64,000 bases of DNA. It comes from an uncultured Thermotogae bacterium. GTDB taxonomy: Bacteria; Bipolaricaulota; Bipolaricaulia; M55B111. The notes beneath the pieces were generated by a model. It was given only the letters and a program-made list of their open reading frames with translations, was not told the origin of the DNA and ran no database searches. Position numbers and translations under genes: made by a program. Positions within the stretch are counted from its first letter, which is position 1, and each line of letters opens with the position of its first letter. The stretch covers positions 6,878 through 70,877 of the forward strand of contig CAZTJJ010000002.1 in NCBI GenBank assembly GCA_964614065.1. Reading direction: 5' to 3'. Shown here piece after piece: positions 16,630 through 26,775 of the stretch.

Positions 16630-17373
16630 GTGAATTTCACAAAGAAAACTGTATTAGTCCTTGTATTAATATCTGCTCTGGTTTTTTCCTCGTTCGCTAT
16701 ACTTGCACAGGATGGCTCAGATCAAAAAGGTAATTCAGAACAACAACCAACCATCGTAGCTACAGTTAACGGAGAAAAAATAACTCAACAGGAACTTTCT
16801 CAATCGACACAGGTCTATCAGATCATCATGACCTTATCTCAACAATACAGAACATTTGCTCAATTTTTGATGACCAGCGAATCCGGTAGTAAATTCCTCA
16901 CAGAATACCGTAAATACGTGTTGGACCAACTAATCACTCAAAACCTTAGGGCTCAACAAATCGAGGAAATGGATATTACGGTTCCGGACGACGAGGTTCA
17001 AACAGAGATTGATAATATCATCGAAAACAATAAACAATTCAAAGACGAAAAAGCCTTGGAAGATTACCTCAAAAACAACCAAAATATGACTATGGATAAT
17101 TTAGAATCTATGATCAGGGACAACTTAAAAGTGCAAAAGTTAAAAGAAGAAGTGAGCAAGGACGTTAGCGTAAGCGAAGAGGAAATCCAGGAATTTTACA
17201 ACAATAATAAGGAAAGCTACAAGGACGACGAAGGTAACGTAAAACCGCTGGAGGAAGTCAGAGAACAAATAACGAACTCGTTAATGAATCAAAAGCAGAA
17301 TGAGTCCTACAATAATTGGCTTGAGAAAGTCAAGGAATCAGCGGAGATCGAGAAAAAAGAAGAGAACATCTAA
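16630..17373 (+). CDS. SurA/PrsA N-terminal-domain chaperone-like exported protein (no parvulin domain)
   Basis: Signal peptide, IVATVNGEKITQQEL, LDQLITQNL, VSVSEEEIQEFYNNNKESY; GTG start after SD GAGGTG. Confidence 0.75.
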   Translation: MNFTKKTVLVLVLISALVFSSFAILAQDGSDQKGNSEQQPTIVATVNGEKITQQELSQSTQVYQIIMTLSQQYRTFAQFLMTSESGSKFLTEYRKYVLDQLITQNLRAQQIEEMDITVPDDEVQTEIDNIIENNKQFKDEKALEDYLKNNQNMTMDNLESMIRDNLKVQKLKEEVSKDVSVSEEEIQEFYNNNKESYKDDEGNVKPLEEVREQITNSLMNQKQNESYNNWLEKVKESAEIEKKEENI

Positions 17374-17405
17374 ACTAGTTGTATATCTCTTTGAGCAATG
17401 TCTCT

Positions 17406-17450
17406 TCCAGGAGAGTTAGATAAAGTTACTCCTGTTATCGCTCTCCTGGA
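17406..17450. terminator. Hairpin between convergent genes
   Basis: 10-bp stem TCCAGGAGAG / CTCTCCTGGA with an inner GATAA/TTATC pairing. Confidence 0.55.
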
Positions 17451-17465
17451 TTTGACCCGTCAAAT

Positions 17466-17996
17466 CTAGAACTTACTTTCGTATAAACGTTGAGCTTTTT
17501 CTATGGAGCGTTTCGCCTCCTCTCTCCCCGACCAGCCTAGTGTTTCTACCTCTTTTCCTCCTTCCAACTCTTTATACACCTCAAACATATGTGAGATCTC
17601 ATCCAAGATATGATCAGGTACATCATCAATATCTTTGTAACCCTCGTACCTGGGATCGTTCAATGGAACCGCAAGAATTTTATCGTCTCTTTCACCAGTA
17701 TCCAGCATTCCCAGGATACCAATTGGTCTTGCTTCCATAATACAGCCTGGAAAAGTAGGATTAGTCACAAGTACGAGAATATCCGCAGGGTCTCCGTCCT
17801 CGTCATAAGTCCTTGGAACGAACCCATAATCACCAGGATAATGTACCGCGGTATGTAGAACTCTGTCTAGTACAATTTCTCCCTTTTCGATGTCGTACTC
17901 ATACTTGTTCTCGCTCCTGCGGGGGTTCTCGATAACAGCATGCACAATCCTTGGGGAATCCGGACCGGTCTCCAGATCACGCCACTTATCTTTCAT
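17466..17996 (-). CDS. ppa: Soluble inorganic pyrophosphatase, family I
   Basis: KYEYD, LDRVL, YPGDYGFVPRT, DGDPADILVL, DDKIL. Confidence 0.96.
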   Translation of the reverse strand: MKDKWRDLETGPDSPRIVHAVIENPRRSENKYEYDIEKGEIVLDRVLHTAVHYPGDYGFVPRTYDEDGDPADILVLVTNPTFPGCIMEARPIGILGMLDTGERDDKILAVPLNDPRYEGYKDIDDVPDHILDEISHMFEVYKELEGGKEVETLGWSGREEAKRSIEKAQRLYESKF

Positions 17997-18037
17997 GTTA
18001 GACCTCCCTGTTGCTTTTCGCCGTCTAGCGTTAACAT

Positions 18038-19006
18038 TCAGGCATCAGAGCCGCTGGATCTGTCGCATAATGCGCTGAAAACCATATTTTCCACTAGCTC
18101 TTGAAAACCTATTCCGGCATAACTGGCAGCAAACGGTAAATCGCTCATTTTCGTCATTCCCGGAAGAGTATTGACCTCTAAAGCGTAAACCCCTCCATCC
18201 AAGTCTACACGGAAATCTACCCTACTGTATCCACGGCAATGATGAGCACGGTGCGCTTTCATAGCTAACTCCTTTACCTCTTCCGTAATCTCATCGGACA
18301 ATCTTGCAGGTACAATAAATTCGGCCTTGCCAGCACTATATTTAGCTTCATAATTGAAAAACCTCTCTTCAGTAACATTCAGTTCAACCAGGGGCAAGGG
18401 AGTTAATTTACCGTTTAATTCAAGCATACCTGCAGTGATCTCCTTCCCAGTAATGTATTCCTCGATAAAGACCTTTTCATAATTCTTCCTAACCTCCGCC
18501 GTAGCCTCGATTATTGCTTCTTTATCGTCAACAATTTTTATCCCTCTACTAGAACCTTCGCTTACCGGTTTGACAACGAAGGGAAAACCCAAACTTGAGA
18601 TAATCTTTTCCCTATCGATCTCCTCAGATTGACCTATTTCAATGTACTCCGGTACATTAACCCCGGCTCGCTGAAAAGATTTTTTGGAATATAGTTTATC
18701 CATTGCTAGCGCACTTCCATAAGGACCAGTACCCGTATAGGGGATATCCAGTAATTCAAGCAAAGTTTGCACTGTACCATCTTCGCCTATTCCACCGTGA
18801 AGGCAATTAAACACCAAATCAGCTCCGATTACTAAATCTAACAGTTCACTCGGACCGGAGAATTCCCCTCTTACTGCGTTAAACTGTTTATCACTTTTCA
18901 CTAAAGATTCGTAGACGTTGGTACCACTATGCAAAGAGACATCACGTTCGGAAGAGTTACCCCCCATCAGAACGCATATCTCTATGGGTACATTTCTATC
19001 GGTCAT
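18038..19006 (-). CDS. ddl: D-alanine--D-alanine ligase
   Basis: GGNSSERDVSLHSG, LHGGIGEDG, KPVSEGSS, YEAKY, LEVNTLPGMT. Confidence 0.95.
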   Translation of the reverse strand: MTDRNVPIEICVLMGGNSSERDVSLHSGTNVYESLVKSDKQFNAVRGEFSGPSELLDLVIGADLVFNCLHGGIGEDGTVQTLLELLDIPYTGTGPYGSALAMDKLYSKKSFQRAGVNVPEYIEIGQSEEIDREKIISSLGFPFVVKPVSEGSSRGIKIVDDKEAIIEATAEVRKNYEKVFIEEYITGKEITAGMLELNGKLTPLPLVELNVTEERFFNYEAKYSAGKAEFIVPARLSDEITEEVKELAMKAHRAHHCRGYSRVDFRVDLDGGVYALEVNTLPGMTKMSDLPFAASYAGIGFQELVENMVFSALCDRSSGSDA

Positions 19007-19171
19007 TGTACTTTTTCCTAATAATAAAAAACCGTGGTCCGACTTTCAGTACGAAATTGTACATTTAGGTTACCCCAATCTCAAAAAGTTGTTCAAGGTT
19101 AGAAATCAGTTAAATGTGAATACGAATTGCAGACATTGAGCATTCAACCTTCAGAAAACTTTCTGACCACC

Positions 19172-19204
19172 AAAAAAAATCCTTCCCCAATTAAGGGGAA
19201 GGAT
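19172..19204 (-). terminator. Intrinsic terminator after folD
   Basis: 10-bp stem ATCCTTCCCC / GGGGAAGGAT followed on the minus strand by T8. Confidence 0.8.
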
Positions 19205-19236
19205 AAAATTAACTTAGCGCGATATTTATATGTTAT

Positions 19237-20118
19237 TCAACTAGTTAAGAGTTTCGCCGCTTTGACAGTATTCGCCATAATTAAGGTCGTAGTCATTGGT
19301 CCAACGCCTCCAGGCACGGGAGTAATGTAATCGGCTTTTTCCTTAACATTCTCGTAATCTACGTCTCCGGTTATCCCACCCTCAACCTCATTGATACCGA
19401 TATCGACAACTACGGCGCCTTCAGAGACCATATCTTCGGTAATAAAATCTATCTTTCCGACAGAAGAACAAAGAATATCCGCTTGCCTGGTCTTTTCTGG
19501 TAGGTCCTCAGTTTGATACTCGCAAATGGTGACAGCCGAGTAACCTTTCCTAAGTGCTAACATAGATAGTGGTAAACCAACAGCCCCACCGCCTACGACT
19601 ACGAATTCCGTACCTTCTAGATCTATACCCGAGTAATCCAATATTTCCATAACTGCATAAGGCGTCGCAGGAAGCAACGCTTCTGGATCATTTTTTAAGT
19701 CATCGTAGCTTGCCCGGAACGCACCGCCAGATAATAGTTTTCCACTATTAATTGGGTTAATACAGTCAATATCCTTTTTAGGGTCTATCTCGGTACGTAA
19801 CTCTCCAATCTCCAGATTCTCTGGAAGAGGTAGTTCTACGAAAAGCCCATGCACGGTCGGATCGCCATTTAATTCCCTAATTTTACCTACCAAATCTTTC
19901 TTAGAAATATCCGCATCTAGTTTAACACCGTCGTAATTAATTCCGAGATCCTCGGCCAGGCGCTTTTTCGTCCTATAGTATACTTTGGCACCAGGATCGT
20001 CACCAACTAAGACTGGAGCGATAGTTGGGTTTACACCCTGATCCTTAAGCTCAGATATTTCTTCTTTAAGTTCGCTCCGATACTCTTCCGCTATTTTATT
20101 TCCATTTAGTTTTTTCAT
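19237..20118 (-). CDS. folD: Methylene-THF dehydrogenase/cyclohydrolase (divergent)
   Basis: YxxxK (YYRTK), LPLP, PATP, VVVDIGIN, ITPVPGGVGPMT. Confidence 0.92.
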   Translation of the reverse strand: MKKLNGNKIAEEYRSELKEEISELKDQGVNPTIAPVLVGDDPGAKVYYRTKKRLAEDLGINYDGVKLDADISKKDLVGKIRELNGDPTVHGLFVELPLPENLEIGELRTEIDPKKDIDCINPINSGKLLSGGAFRASYDDLKNDPEALLPATPYAVMEILDYSGIDLEGTEFVVVGGGAVGLPLSMLALRKGYSAVTICEYQTEDLPEKTRQADILCSSVGKIDFITEDMVSEGAVVVDIGINEVEGGITGDVDYENVKEKADYITPVPGGVGPMTTTLIMANTVKAAKLLTS

Positions 20119-20147
20119 TTTACCTCCTTATCAAAAAATGAAACGGG

Positions 20148-20705
20148 TCAACTTTCGATTAGAGATAGCGCTTCGTCTCGAGCAGCTTTATCAGTCGTAA
20201 ACTTCCCACGTATTGCTGATGTCACCATCTTTGTCCCCGGTTTTTCAACTCCTCGAATCGTCATACACAAGTGTTCAGCCTTGATCTCAACAAGAACGCC
20301 ATACGGGTCAAGCTTTTCCATTAGTACGTCAGCTACCTGAGAAGTGAGCCTTTCCTGAATTTGCGGTTTGCTCGAAGCCACTTGCAGCGCCCGAGCCAAC
20401 TTACTCGCCCCGACAACACGTTTCTCCTTCGGCATATAGACAATACTTGCACTACCTAGAATAGGAAGCAAATGATGCTCACACAACGAATGAAACGGAA
20501 TGTTGTTTAGCAACACCATTTCTTTGTAATCCTCTTGAAAGAAAGTTGAAACTACGTCGCCCGGGTCTTTGTGGAGCCCATAGCAAAGCTCTTCCATCAT
20601 TCTAGCTACCCTGCTGGGAGTGTCCTTTAACCCAGGCCTACTTGGATCTTCCCCTATTCCTTCTAGGATTAATTCAGTTCCTCTTTCAATCTTTTCCTGA
20701 TTCAA
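20148..20705 (-). CDS. folE: GTP cyclohydrolase I
   Basis: DTPSRVARM, SLCEHHLLP, PQIQERLT, EHLCMTIRGV. Confidence 0.95.
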   Translation of the reverse strand: MNQEKIERGTELILEGIGEDPSRPGLKDTPSRVARMMEELCYGLHKDPGDVVSTFFQEDYKEMVLLNNIPFHSLCEHHLLPILGSASIVYMPKEKRVVGASKLARALQVASSKPQIQERLTSQVADVLMEKLDPYGVLVEIKAEHLCMTIRGVEKPGTKMVTSAIRGKFTTDKAARDEALSLIES

Positions 20706-20745
20706 TTCAAACTCCTAATACTACAATTATTTAGTCAAAGTTCGA

Positions 20746-22479
20746 TCAGAACAAACCAACTACGTTCCCTTCGTCATCAAGATCGACGTCCATATAAGCT
20801 GGCTCCGACGGTAACCCGGGCATAGTGCTCATCTCACCGCAAAGTGGATATACAAAACCCGCACCCACACTTGCACGGACCTCCCTTACTGGTAATGTAA
20901 ATCCAGTTGGTACTCCTTTTTTCTCCGCGTCATGTGAAAGTGAGAGATGAGTTTTCGCCATACACAAAGGAAGATCGCCAAAACCAGACTCTTCGTAATC
21001 TGAAATTTGTTTTTCAGCCTTACTGCTGTAATCCACTCCGTCAGCGCCATATACCTCTTTTGCGATTGTTTCGATCTTTTCTTTAATTGATTTGTCTATA
21101 TCGTAGAGGAATTCAAAGTTCGACTCCTCATCGGTCGCTTCTACGACGGCTTCCGCTAAATCAACAGAACCTGCACCACCTTCAGTAAAGTGGCTTGAGC
21201 CAACCGCATCGTAAGCGCCAGCCTCTATAGCCTTCTCCTTAACTAACTCAACTTCCTTGTCGGTATCCGTTTGAAACCTATTGACAGCAACTACAACAGG
21301 TACTCCAAACTTCTGAGCTATTTCAATATTCTTAGCCAGGTTAGCCGCCCCTTTCTCGAGCAACTCCAGGTTTTCCTCCGTATATGCTGAATCAAGATCT
21401 TTACCGGCAACGACCTTTGGCCCTCCACCGTGCATTTTCAAGGCTCTCACTGTAGCAACTAAAACGACGGCATCAGGTATAAGACCGCTGTAACGACATT
21501 TAATGTCGAAGAATTTCTCCATACCGATATCAGCACCAAATCCAGATTCGGTAACTACGTAATCGGCCAACTTCAAGCCAACCATGTCCGCCAGGATTGA
21601 ACTGTTTCCATGTGCGATGTTAGCAAATGGTCCAGCGTGTACAAATGCAGGCTGTCCTTCTAGAGTTTGCAACAGGTTGGGCTTAATTGTGTCTTTCATT
21701 AATACAGTCGCCGCACCCGCAGCACCGAGGTCTTCAACGCTAACAGGCTCTCCGTCCCAATTGTAACCTATCACTACTTTTCCGATTCGCTCACGTAAGT
21801 CGTCCAGCCCGTTGGTAAGACCCAATATAGCCATTAACTCCGAAGCGACCGTTATGTCAAACCCACTTTCACGCGGAAATCCATCCCACTTGCCACCGAG
21901 TCCTACATTGATGTTCCTTAACTCACGGTCGTTAACGTCAACAACGCGATTCCAGGTAATAGAATATGGATTGATATTTAACTTCTCCAAACCTTTTTTG
22001 GCCCAGGCCTGGTCAGAGTAATTGCGCTCATGCATCATTCGAGCGTCAATTGCAGCAGCAATGAGATTATGAGCTGCCCCTATTGCGTGGATGTCTCCCG
22101 TCAAATGAAGGTTGAAATCCTCCATAGGTATTACCTGGGAGTATCCTCCACCAGCGGCTCCACCTTTAATCCCAAAAGTGGGGCCCTGCGAGGGCTGACG
22201 GATGGCGGTCATTACATTCTTGCCAATCTTACCAAGTGCCTGAGTAAGACCAATGTTTGTAGTCGTTTTTCCCTCTCCCAAAGGTGTGGGGGTAATGGCC
22301 GTTACATCAATATACTTTCCGTCCGGTTCATTTTTTCTTTCTTCGTATGCATCAAGTTTAACTTTCGCCTTGTAGTCTCCATAAAGCTCCAACTCGTCTC
22401 TCCTTAGACCAACTTTTTCAGCAATATCTGTTATTGGCTTAAGATCCGCTTCTTGAGCAATTTGAATATCGCTCTTCAT
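20746..22479 (-). CDS. fhs: Formate--tetrahydrofolate ligase
   Basis: [68 protein letters not shown]. Confidence 0.97.
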   Translation of the reverse strand: MKSDIQIAQEADLKPITDIAEKVGLRRDELELYGDYKAKVKLDAYEERKNEPDGKYIDVTAITPTPLGEGKTTTNIGLTQALGKIGKNVMTAIRQPSQGPTFGIKGGAAGGGYSQVIPMEDFNLHLTGDIHAIGAAHNLIAAAIDARMMHERNYSDQAWAKKGLEKLNINPYSITWNRVVDVNDRELRNINVGLGGKWDGFPRESGFDITVASELMAILGLTNGLDDLRERIGKVVIGYNWDGEPVSVEDLGAAGAATVLMKDTIKPNLLQTLEGQPAFVHAGPFANIAHGNSSILADMVGLKLADYVVTESGFGADIGMEKFFDIKCRYSGLIPDAVVLVATVRALKMHGGGPKVVAGKDLDSAYTEENLELLEKGAANLAKNIEIAQKFGVPVVVAVNRFQTDTDKEVELVKEKAIEAGAYDAVGSSHFTEGGAGSVDLAEAVVEATDEESNFEFLYDIDKSIKEKIETIAKEVYGADGVDYSSKAEKQISDYEESGFGDLPLCMAKTHLSLSHDAEKKGVPTGFTLPVREVRASVGAGFVYPLCGEMSTMPGLPSEPAYMDVDLDDEGNVVGLF

Positions 22480-22921
22480 GGGTGTAATTACCTCCTAAAT
22501 TTAATTGTAAAGTAAATGTAAACTCTAGATTTAGTAATACTTAAATTAAACGGTTTTCTCCCTTCTAATTAATCTCTACCAAAGAATACAAGTAGAAATT
22601 ACTCCTCTTTCATAAACTGTATTCTCTCATCCAGTAAGTGCAACCTAATCGAGGTCATTCAATTTTCTTTTGAAAAATCTGACCAGCACCTAGTTGAATA
22701 TTGACAAACGGAGATCGATGAAAACTTCGTGCTAGGTTTTAACTGCAGGTAAATCTCATTAACTAGGTACACATTAAGCTGGGTGCTGCACCAACTCTCT
22801 ATTCTCAAATTGAACGTACGGCTAACCGAAATTTTTCAATAAACGTGTAAAAACCACTCAGCCTAGGTAATAAAATCCTCCTTGAAAAGGGCGCGGTCAC
22901 GGTCCCTCGCATTTGTTACCG

Positions 22922-23710
22922 TTATGACTTACTTCTTATATATTTGAGGTAACCCAGACAACTTTTGTCCTCTCCAAGTAAGGCTTCTGCTGCCTTTAAG
23001 GTGTCCATCATCGGAGTGTCAGTTGGATCGATTAAAGCAGCATCCAATCCTGCCTCCAGAAGCATTGCAAACACCGTACGATTGATTAAACATCTGTCTG
23101 GAAGGCCAAAAGATACATTGCTTAATCCGATATTTGTTTTAACGCCGAATTCCTCCTTAATCTGCAGGACGGAGTCTATAACGTACTGACCCTGCTCTTG
23201 ATTGCTACCAATGGTCATTGCTATTACGTCAACGTATAGCTGATCTTTGGCAATACCCAGTTCATCGCATTTTTCGAGCAGGGCTTCAGTTTCGTTCAAT
23301 CTATCCTCGACTGTCATGGGCATCCCTTCGGCGCCCATTGCCAAACCTATGATATCGGCATCATAGCCTGAAGCGATTTCGCGGGCGTCCTGTTTATCTT
23401 TCTCGTTACTTATCGAATTTATGACAGGTTTATGTTTTACCTTCTCTAAACCAAATTCCAGTACCTCCGGATCCGGAGTATCAATAGCGATCCTCACGTC
23501 TTCGATTTCGTCTTCAACGACGTCTATTAACCATTCCATATCGCTTTTTTCCTTCTCTCTCGATTCACCAGCGTTCAGATCGATCGCATCTGCGCCAGCC
23601 TCAGTTTGTGCCCTTGCTAACCTACGAATAAAATCTTCATCTTTCTCTTTTAATGCCTTTTTTACCTCATCCCTTGTAGAGTTAATTAATTCACCAATGG
23701 TCAAAAACAT
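22922..23710 (-). CDS. Methyl-corrinoid:tetrahydrofolate methyltransferase (pterin-binding; AcsE/MtgA-like)
   Basis: IGELINSTR, GADAIDLNAG, IDT, INSIS, GLSNVSFGLP.R..IN, GLDAALIDP. Confidence 0.9.
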   Translation of the reverse strand: MFLTIGELINSTRDEVKKALKEKDEDFIRRLARAQTEAGADAIDLNAGESREKEKSDMEWLIDVVEDEIEDVRIAIDTPDPEVLEFGLEKVKHKPVINSISNEKDKQDAREIASGYDADIIGLAMGAEGMPMTVEDRLNETEALLEKCDELGIAKDQLYVDVIAMTIGSNQEQGQYVIDSVLQIKEEFGVKTNIGLSNVSFGLPDRCLINRTVFAMLLEAGLDAALIDPTDTPMMDTLKAAEALLGEDKSCLGYLKYIRSKS

Positions 23711-23961
23711 ATACAGTTACCTCCGAATTAAAATTTTATAACAATTGTCAAACTGTAAGTACTAATTCAAACGTTTACAAGTGAATAGCTTAAGCCAAAA
23801 AGCCGTAACTCAATTATAGAATATAACTAATGTGTTCACAAACACATGAGTTATAAATCTTAATTTAAGAAACCCTGTTGGATTTTTAATCTTACTCAAA
23901 CGGAACAACATCTACTCAGAAAACTTAAAGATTCCCTGCTCAATAAGGGTAAACCGGGCAT

Positions 23962-25416
23962 CTAACTCTGGCCAGAGTTGGTCCACCTCAATATGGGGTT
24001 CCGAGCAGCTTGTGTTTCATTTAGCCTTCCCACCGGTGTTTCAGTGGGTGCGTTGTGAAGAAGCTCAGGATCATCTGCCGCCTCTTGGGCAATACTTACC
24101 ATGGCCTGAAAGAAGCTATCAAGCGTTTCTTTGGTTTCAGTCTCCGTTGGTTCTATCATCAATGCTTCCTGGACAATCAAGGGGAAGTATACTGTTGGGG
24201 GGTGGTAACCGTAATCTAACAGCCGCTTTGCGATATCTATTGTCTTTACCCCTTCTCCCAAACCGCCGCCATTCAGAACAAACTCATGCTTACAGGTCCC
24301 TTTGTAAGCCAAGGTATAGACTTTCTGCAACTTCTCCTTTAAATAATTCGCATTCAAGACAGCATTTTCGCTGACCCGTTTTAGACCTTCGTCACCCAGA
24401 GCCAGTATATAGCAGTATGCTTTAACTAATACTCCAAAAGCACCAGGAAAACTATTTACCCGACCGATCGACTTCGGCCTGTCATAGCCAAACTGATATT
24501 CTTCATTATTCTTCTCTACTATCGGGACTGGGAGATACGGTTCGAGGTTTTCTTTCACAGCAACTGGTCCCGATCCAGGTCCCCCACCGCCATGTGGGGT
24601 ACTGAAAGTTTTGTGAAGGTTGAAGTGAGTGATATCCATTCCCAAGTCCCCGGGCTTGACCTTGCCGAGAAATGCATTTAAATTGGCACCATCGAAATAA
24701 CATAACCCACCAACATCATGAACAATGCTAGCGACTTCTAGTATATCCTTTTCAAATATCCCCAGCGTATTTGGAACTGTGAGCATAATACCTGCAGTAT
24801 TCTCGTCTGCTACTTCCTTTAGCCCATCAATGTCGACAGTTCCTTGATCGTTAGATTTCACCTCTATCGCCTCAAAGCCCGCTACCGCTGCAGAAGCGGG
24901 GTTCGTGCCGTGGGACGAATCGGGCAGTAGGATTTTATTTCGCTTGTCCAACTGGCCGTTTTCATGGTGATACTTCCTAATCATCAACATTCCTGTCAAC
25001 TCTCCATGCGCGCCTGCAGACGGCTGAAGAGTAATAGCATCCATGCCAGAGATCTTCTTTAGCAGTTGACCCAACTCATAGGATAACCTTAAGTTACCCT
25101 GAACAAGGTCATAAGACGCCAAGGGATGGTGTCCCTGGAATTCTTCAATTCTGGCTATATCCTCGTTCGGTTTCGGGTTATGTTTCATAGTACAAGAGCC
25201 AAGAGGATATAGACCATCGTCGACTCCGTAGTTCAACTTTGACAGTCTTACGTAATGTCGCACCAAGTCAGGTTGAGTCACCTCAGGTAAGCCAGGCTTT
25301 TCCGAACGAATCAAGCCATTATCTAACTCCGATTCCGGATCTTCCGAAAGCCAGTCTAGATAAGGAAAGAAAGTTGATTGTCGCCCTGATTTACTAATAT
25401 CGAAGATCGTTTCCAT
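23962..25416 (-). CDS. gcvPB: Glycine dehydrogenase (decarboxylating) subunit 2
   Basis: YPLGSCTMKHNP, LQPSAGAHGE, HGTNPASA, PLP-lysine NLHKTFSTPHGGGGPG, LMIEPTETE. Confidence 0.96.
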   Translation of the reverse strand: METIFDISKSGRQSTFFPYLDWLSEDPESELDNGLIRSEKPGLPEVTQPDLVRHYVRLSKLNYGVDDGLYPLGSCTMKHNPKPNEDIARIEEFQGHHPLASYDLVQGNLRLSYELGQLLKKISGMDAITLQPSAGAHGELTGMLMIRKYHHENGQLDKRNKILLPDSSHGTNPASAAVAGFEAIEVKSNDQGTVDIDGLKEVADENTAGIMLTVPNTLGIFEKDILEVASIVHDVGGLCYFDGANLNAFLGKVKPGDLGMDITHFNLHKTFSTPHGGGGPGSGPVAVKENLEPYLPVPIVEKNNEEYQFGYDRPKSIGRVNSFPGAFGVLVKAYCYILALGDEGLKRVSENAVLNANYLKEKLQKVYTLAYKGTCKHEFVLNGGGLGEGVKTIDIAKRLLDYGYHPPTVYFPLIVQEALMIEPTETETKETLDSFFQAMVSIAQEAADDPELLHNAPTETPVGRLNETQAARNPILRWTNSGQS

Positions 25417-25422
25417 CTCAGC

Positions 25423-26763
25423 TCACAACTCCCTTTCCAATAATTCAGCAAAATGATCCATATCTTCCTTGCGAATCTTTTCAGTGACGGCAAGCATAAG
25501 ATTCCGATCTAGACCCATATGCTTAAGATGCTTAGGATGTAACAAATCTATCCCTTCCTGTTTCATACTTTTCCAAATTCTTTCAGGATCATTACCAATA
25601 GTAATTACAAACTCGTTGAAAAACGGCTTCTCCCAGGTAAGCTGGACATTATCTATTTCTACTAATTTGCGGGCAAGATAGTGTGAAACCTGCCAGTTAA
25701 TTTCAGCCAATCTGGAAAACCCAGCTGGACCCAAAGCACTTAAATACACGGTAGCGGCCAGAGCGTTGAGAGCCTGATTTGTACAAATATTAGAAGTAGC
25801 TCTCTCTCTTCTGATGTGTTGTTCTCTTGTCTGTAAGGCCATCACGAAACCTTCGTTTCCTTCACCATCCGTTGTTTTCCCGCTTACTCTTCCCGGTAGA
25901 TACCTCAAATATTCTTTCCTGGTCGCAAATAAACCCAGCAAAGGACCTCCAAAACTAATCGGATTTCCTAACGGTTGACCCTCCCCTACCACGATGTCGG
26001 CGCCAAATTGACCTGGCGGTTCGAGCAGGCCAAGAGAAATTGGGTTTGAACTTACTATTAGGAACCCATCATTCACCTTTTCCTTTAATCCACGCAAATC
26101 CTCAATTAGCCCAAAATAATTGGGGGATTGCAAGACTAGTGCAGCTAAATCATCATTGCTGGACACCGTCCTTTCTAGAGCATTTGTATCGATAGTACCA
26201 TTGTTATCGGGTAGTTGGATAACCGAGTCGTCAGGATCTGGTAAGTAAGTTTCTATTACTTCCCTATACGCTGGATTTAGCGTATTTGCTACTACAACTG
26301 ATCTATTGCCCGTGTACTCTTGAGCCATTAACACCGCTTCCGCAGCCGCCGAGCCACCGTCATATAAAGAGGAATTCGCGATATCCATGCCGGTTAGCTC
26401 AGAGATCGCGGTCTGATACTCAAACATCCAAGTTAAAGTTCCCTGGCTAATTTCCGCCTGGTATGGCGTATAGGCACTATAAAACTCCGACCTACCGGTA
26501 ACGTGAGAGACAACTGAAGGAATAAAGTGATCATAAAGCCCGGCGCCAATGAAGTTGACACGGTCACCGGGCTTAGCATTCTCTTTTGCAAGGCTACCAA
26601 CTTCGTTCTTTAATTCCAGTTCAGTTCTTCCTTCTTCACCAATTAGCTCCCCTTGCACCTGCACTTCACTTGGAATATCGGAGAAGAGCTCAGCAATGGA
26701 GTCAACCCCAATTTCCTCCAACATTTCCCTCTTGTCTTCGTCCGTGTTGGGTATAAAGTCCAT
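25423..26763 (-). CDS. gcvPA: Glycine dehydrogenase (decarboxylating) subunit 1
   Basis: AYTPYQAEISQG, NSSLYDG, GEGQPLG, LQTREQHIRRERATSNICTNQ. Confidence 0.96.
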   Translation of the reverse strand: MDFIPNTDEDKREMLEEIGVDSIAELFSDIPSEVQVQGELIGEEGRTELELKNEVGSLAKENAKPGDRVNFIGAGLYDHFIPSVVSHVTGRSEFYSAYTPYQAEISQGTLTWMFEYQTAISELTGMDIANSSLYDGGSAAAEAVLMAQEYTGNRSVVVANTLNPAYREVIETYLPDPDDSVIQLPDNNGTIDTNALERTVSSNDDLAALVLQSPNYFGLIEDLRGLKEKVNDGFLIVSSNPISLGLLEPPGQFGADIVVGEGQPLGNPISFGGPLLGLFATRKEYLRYLPGRVSGKTTDGEGNEGFVMALQTREQHIRRERATSNICTNQALNALAATVYLSALGPAGFSRLAEINWQVSHYLARKLVEIDNVQLTWEKPFFNEFVITIGNDPERIWKSMKQEGIDLLHPKHLKHMGLDRNLMLAVTEKIRKEDMDHFAELLEREL

Positions 26764-26775
26764 CTGGATGAATAA

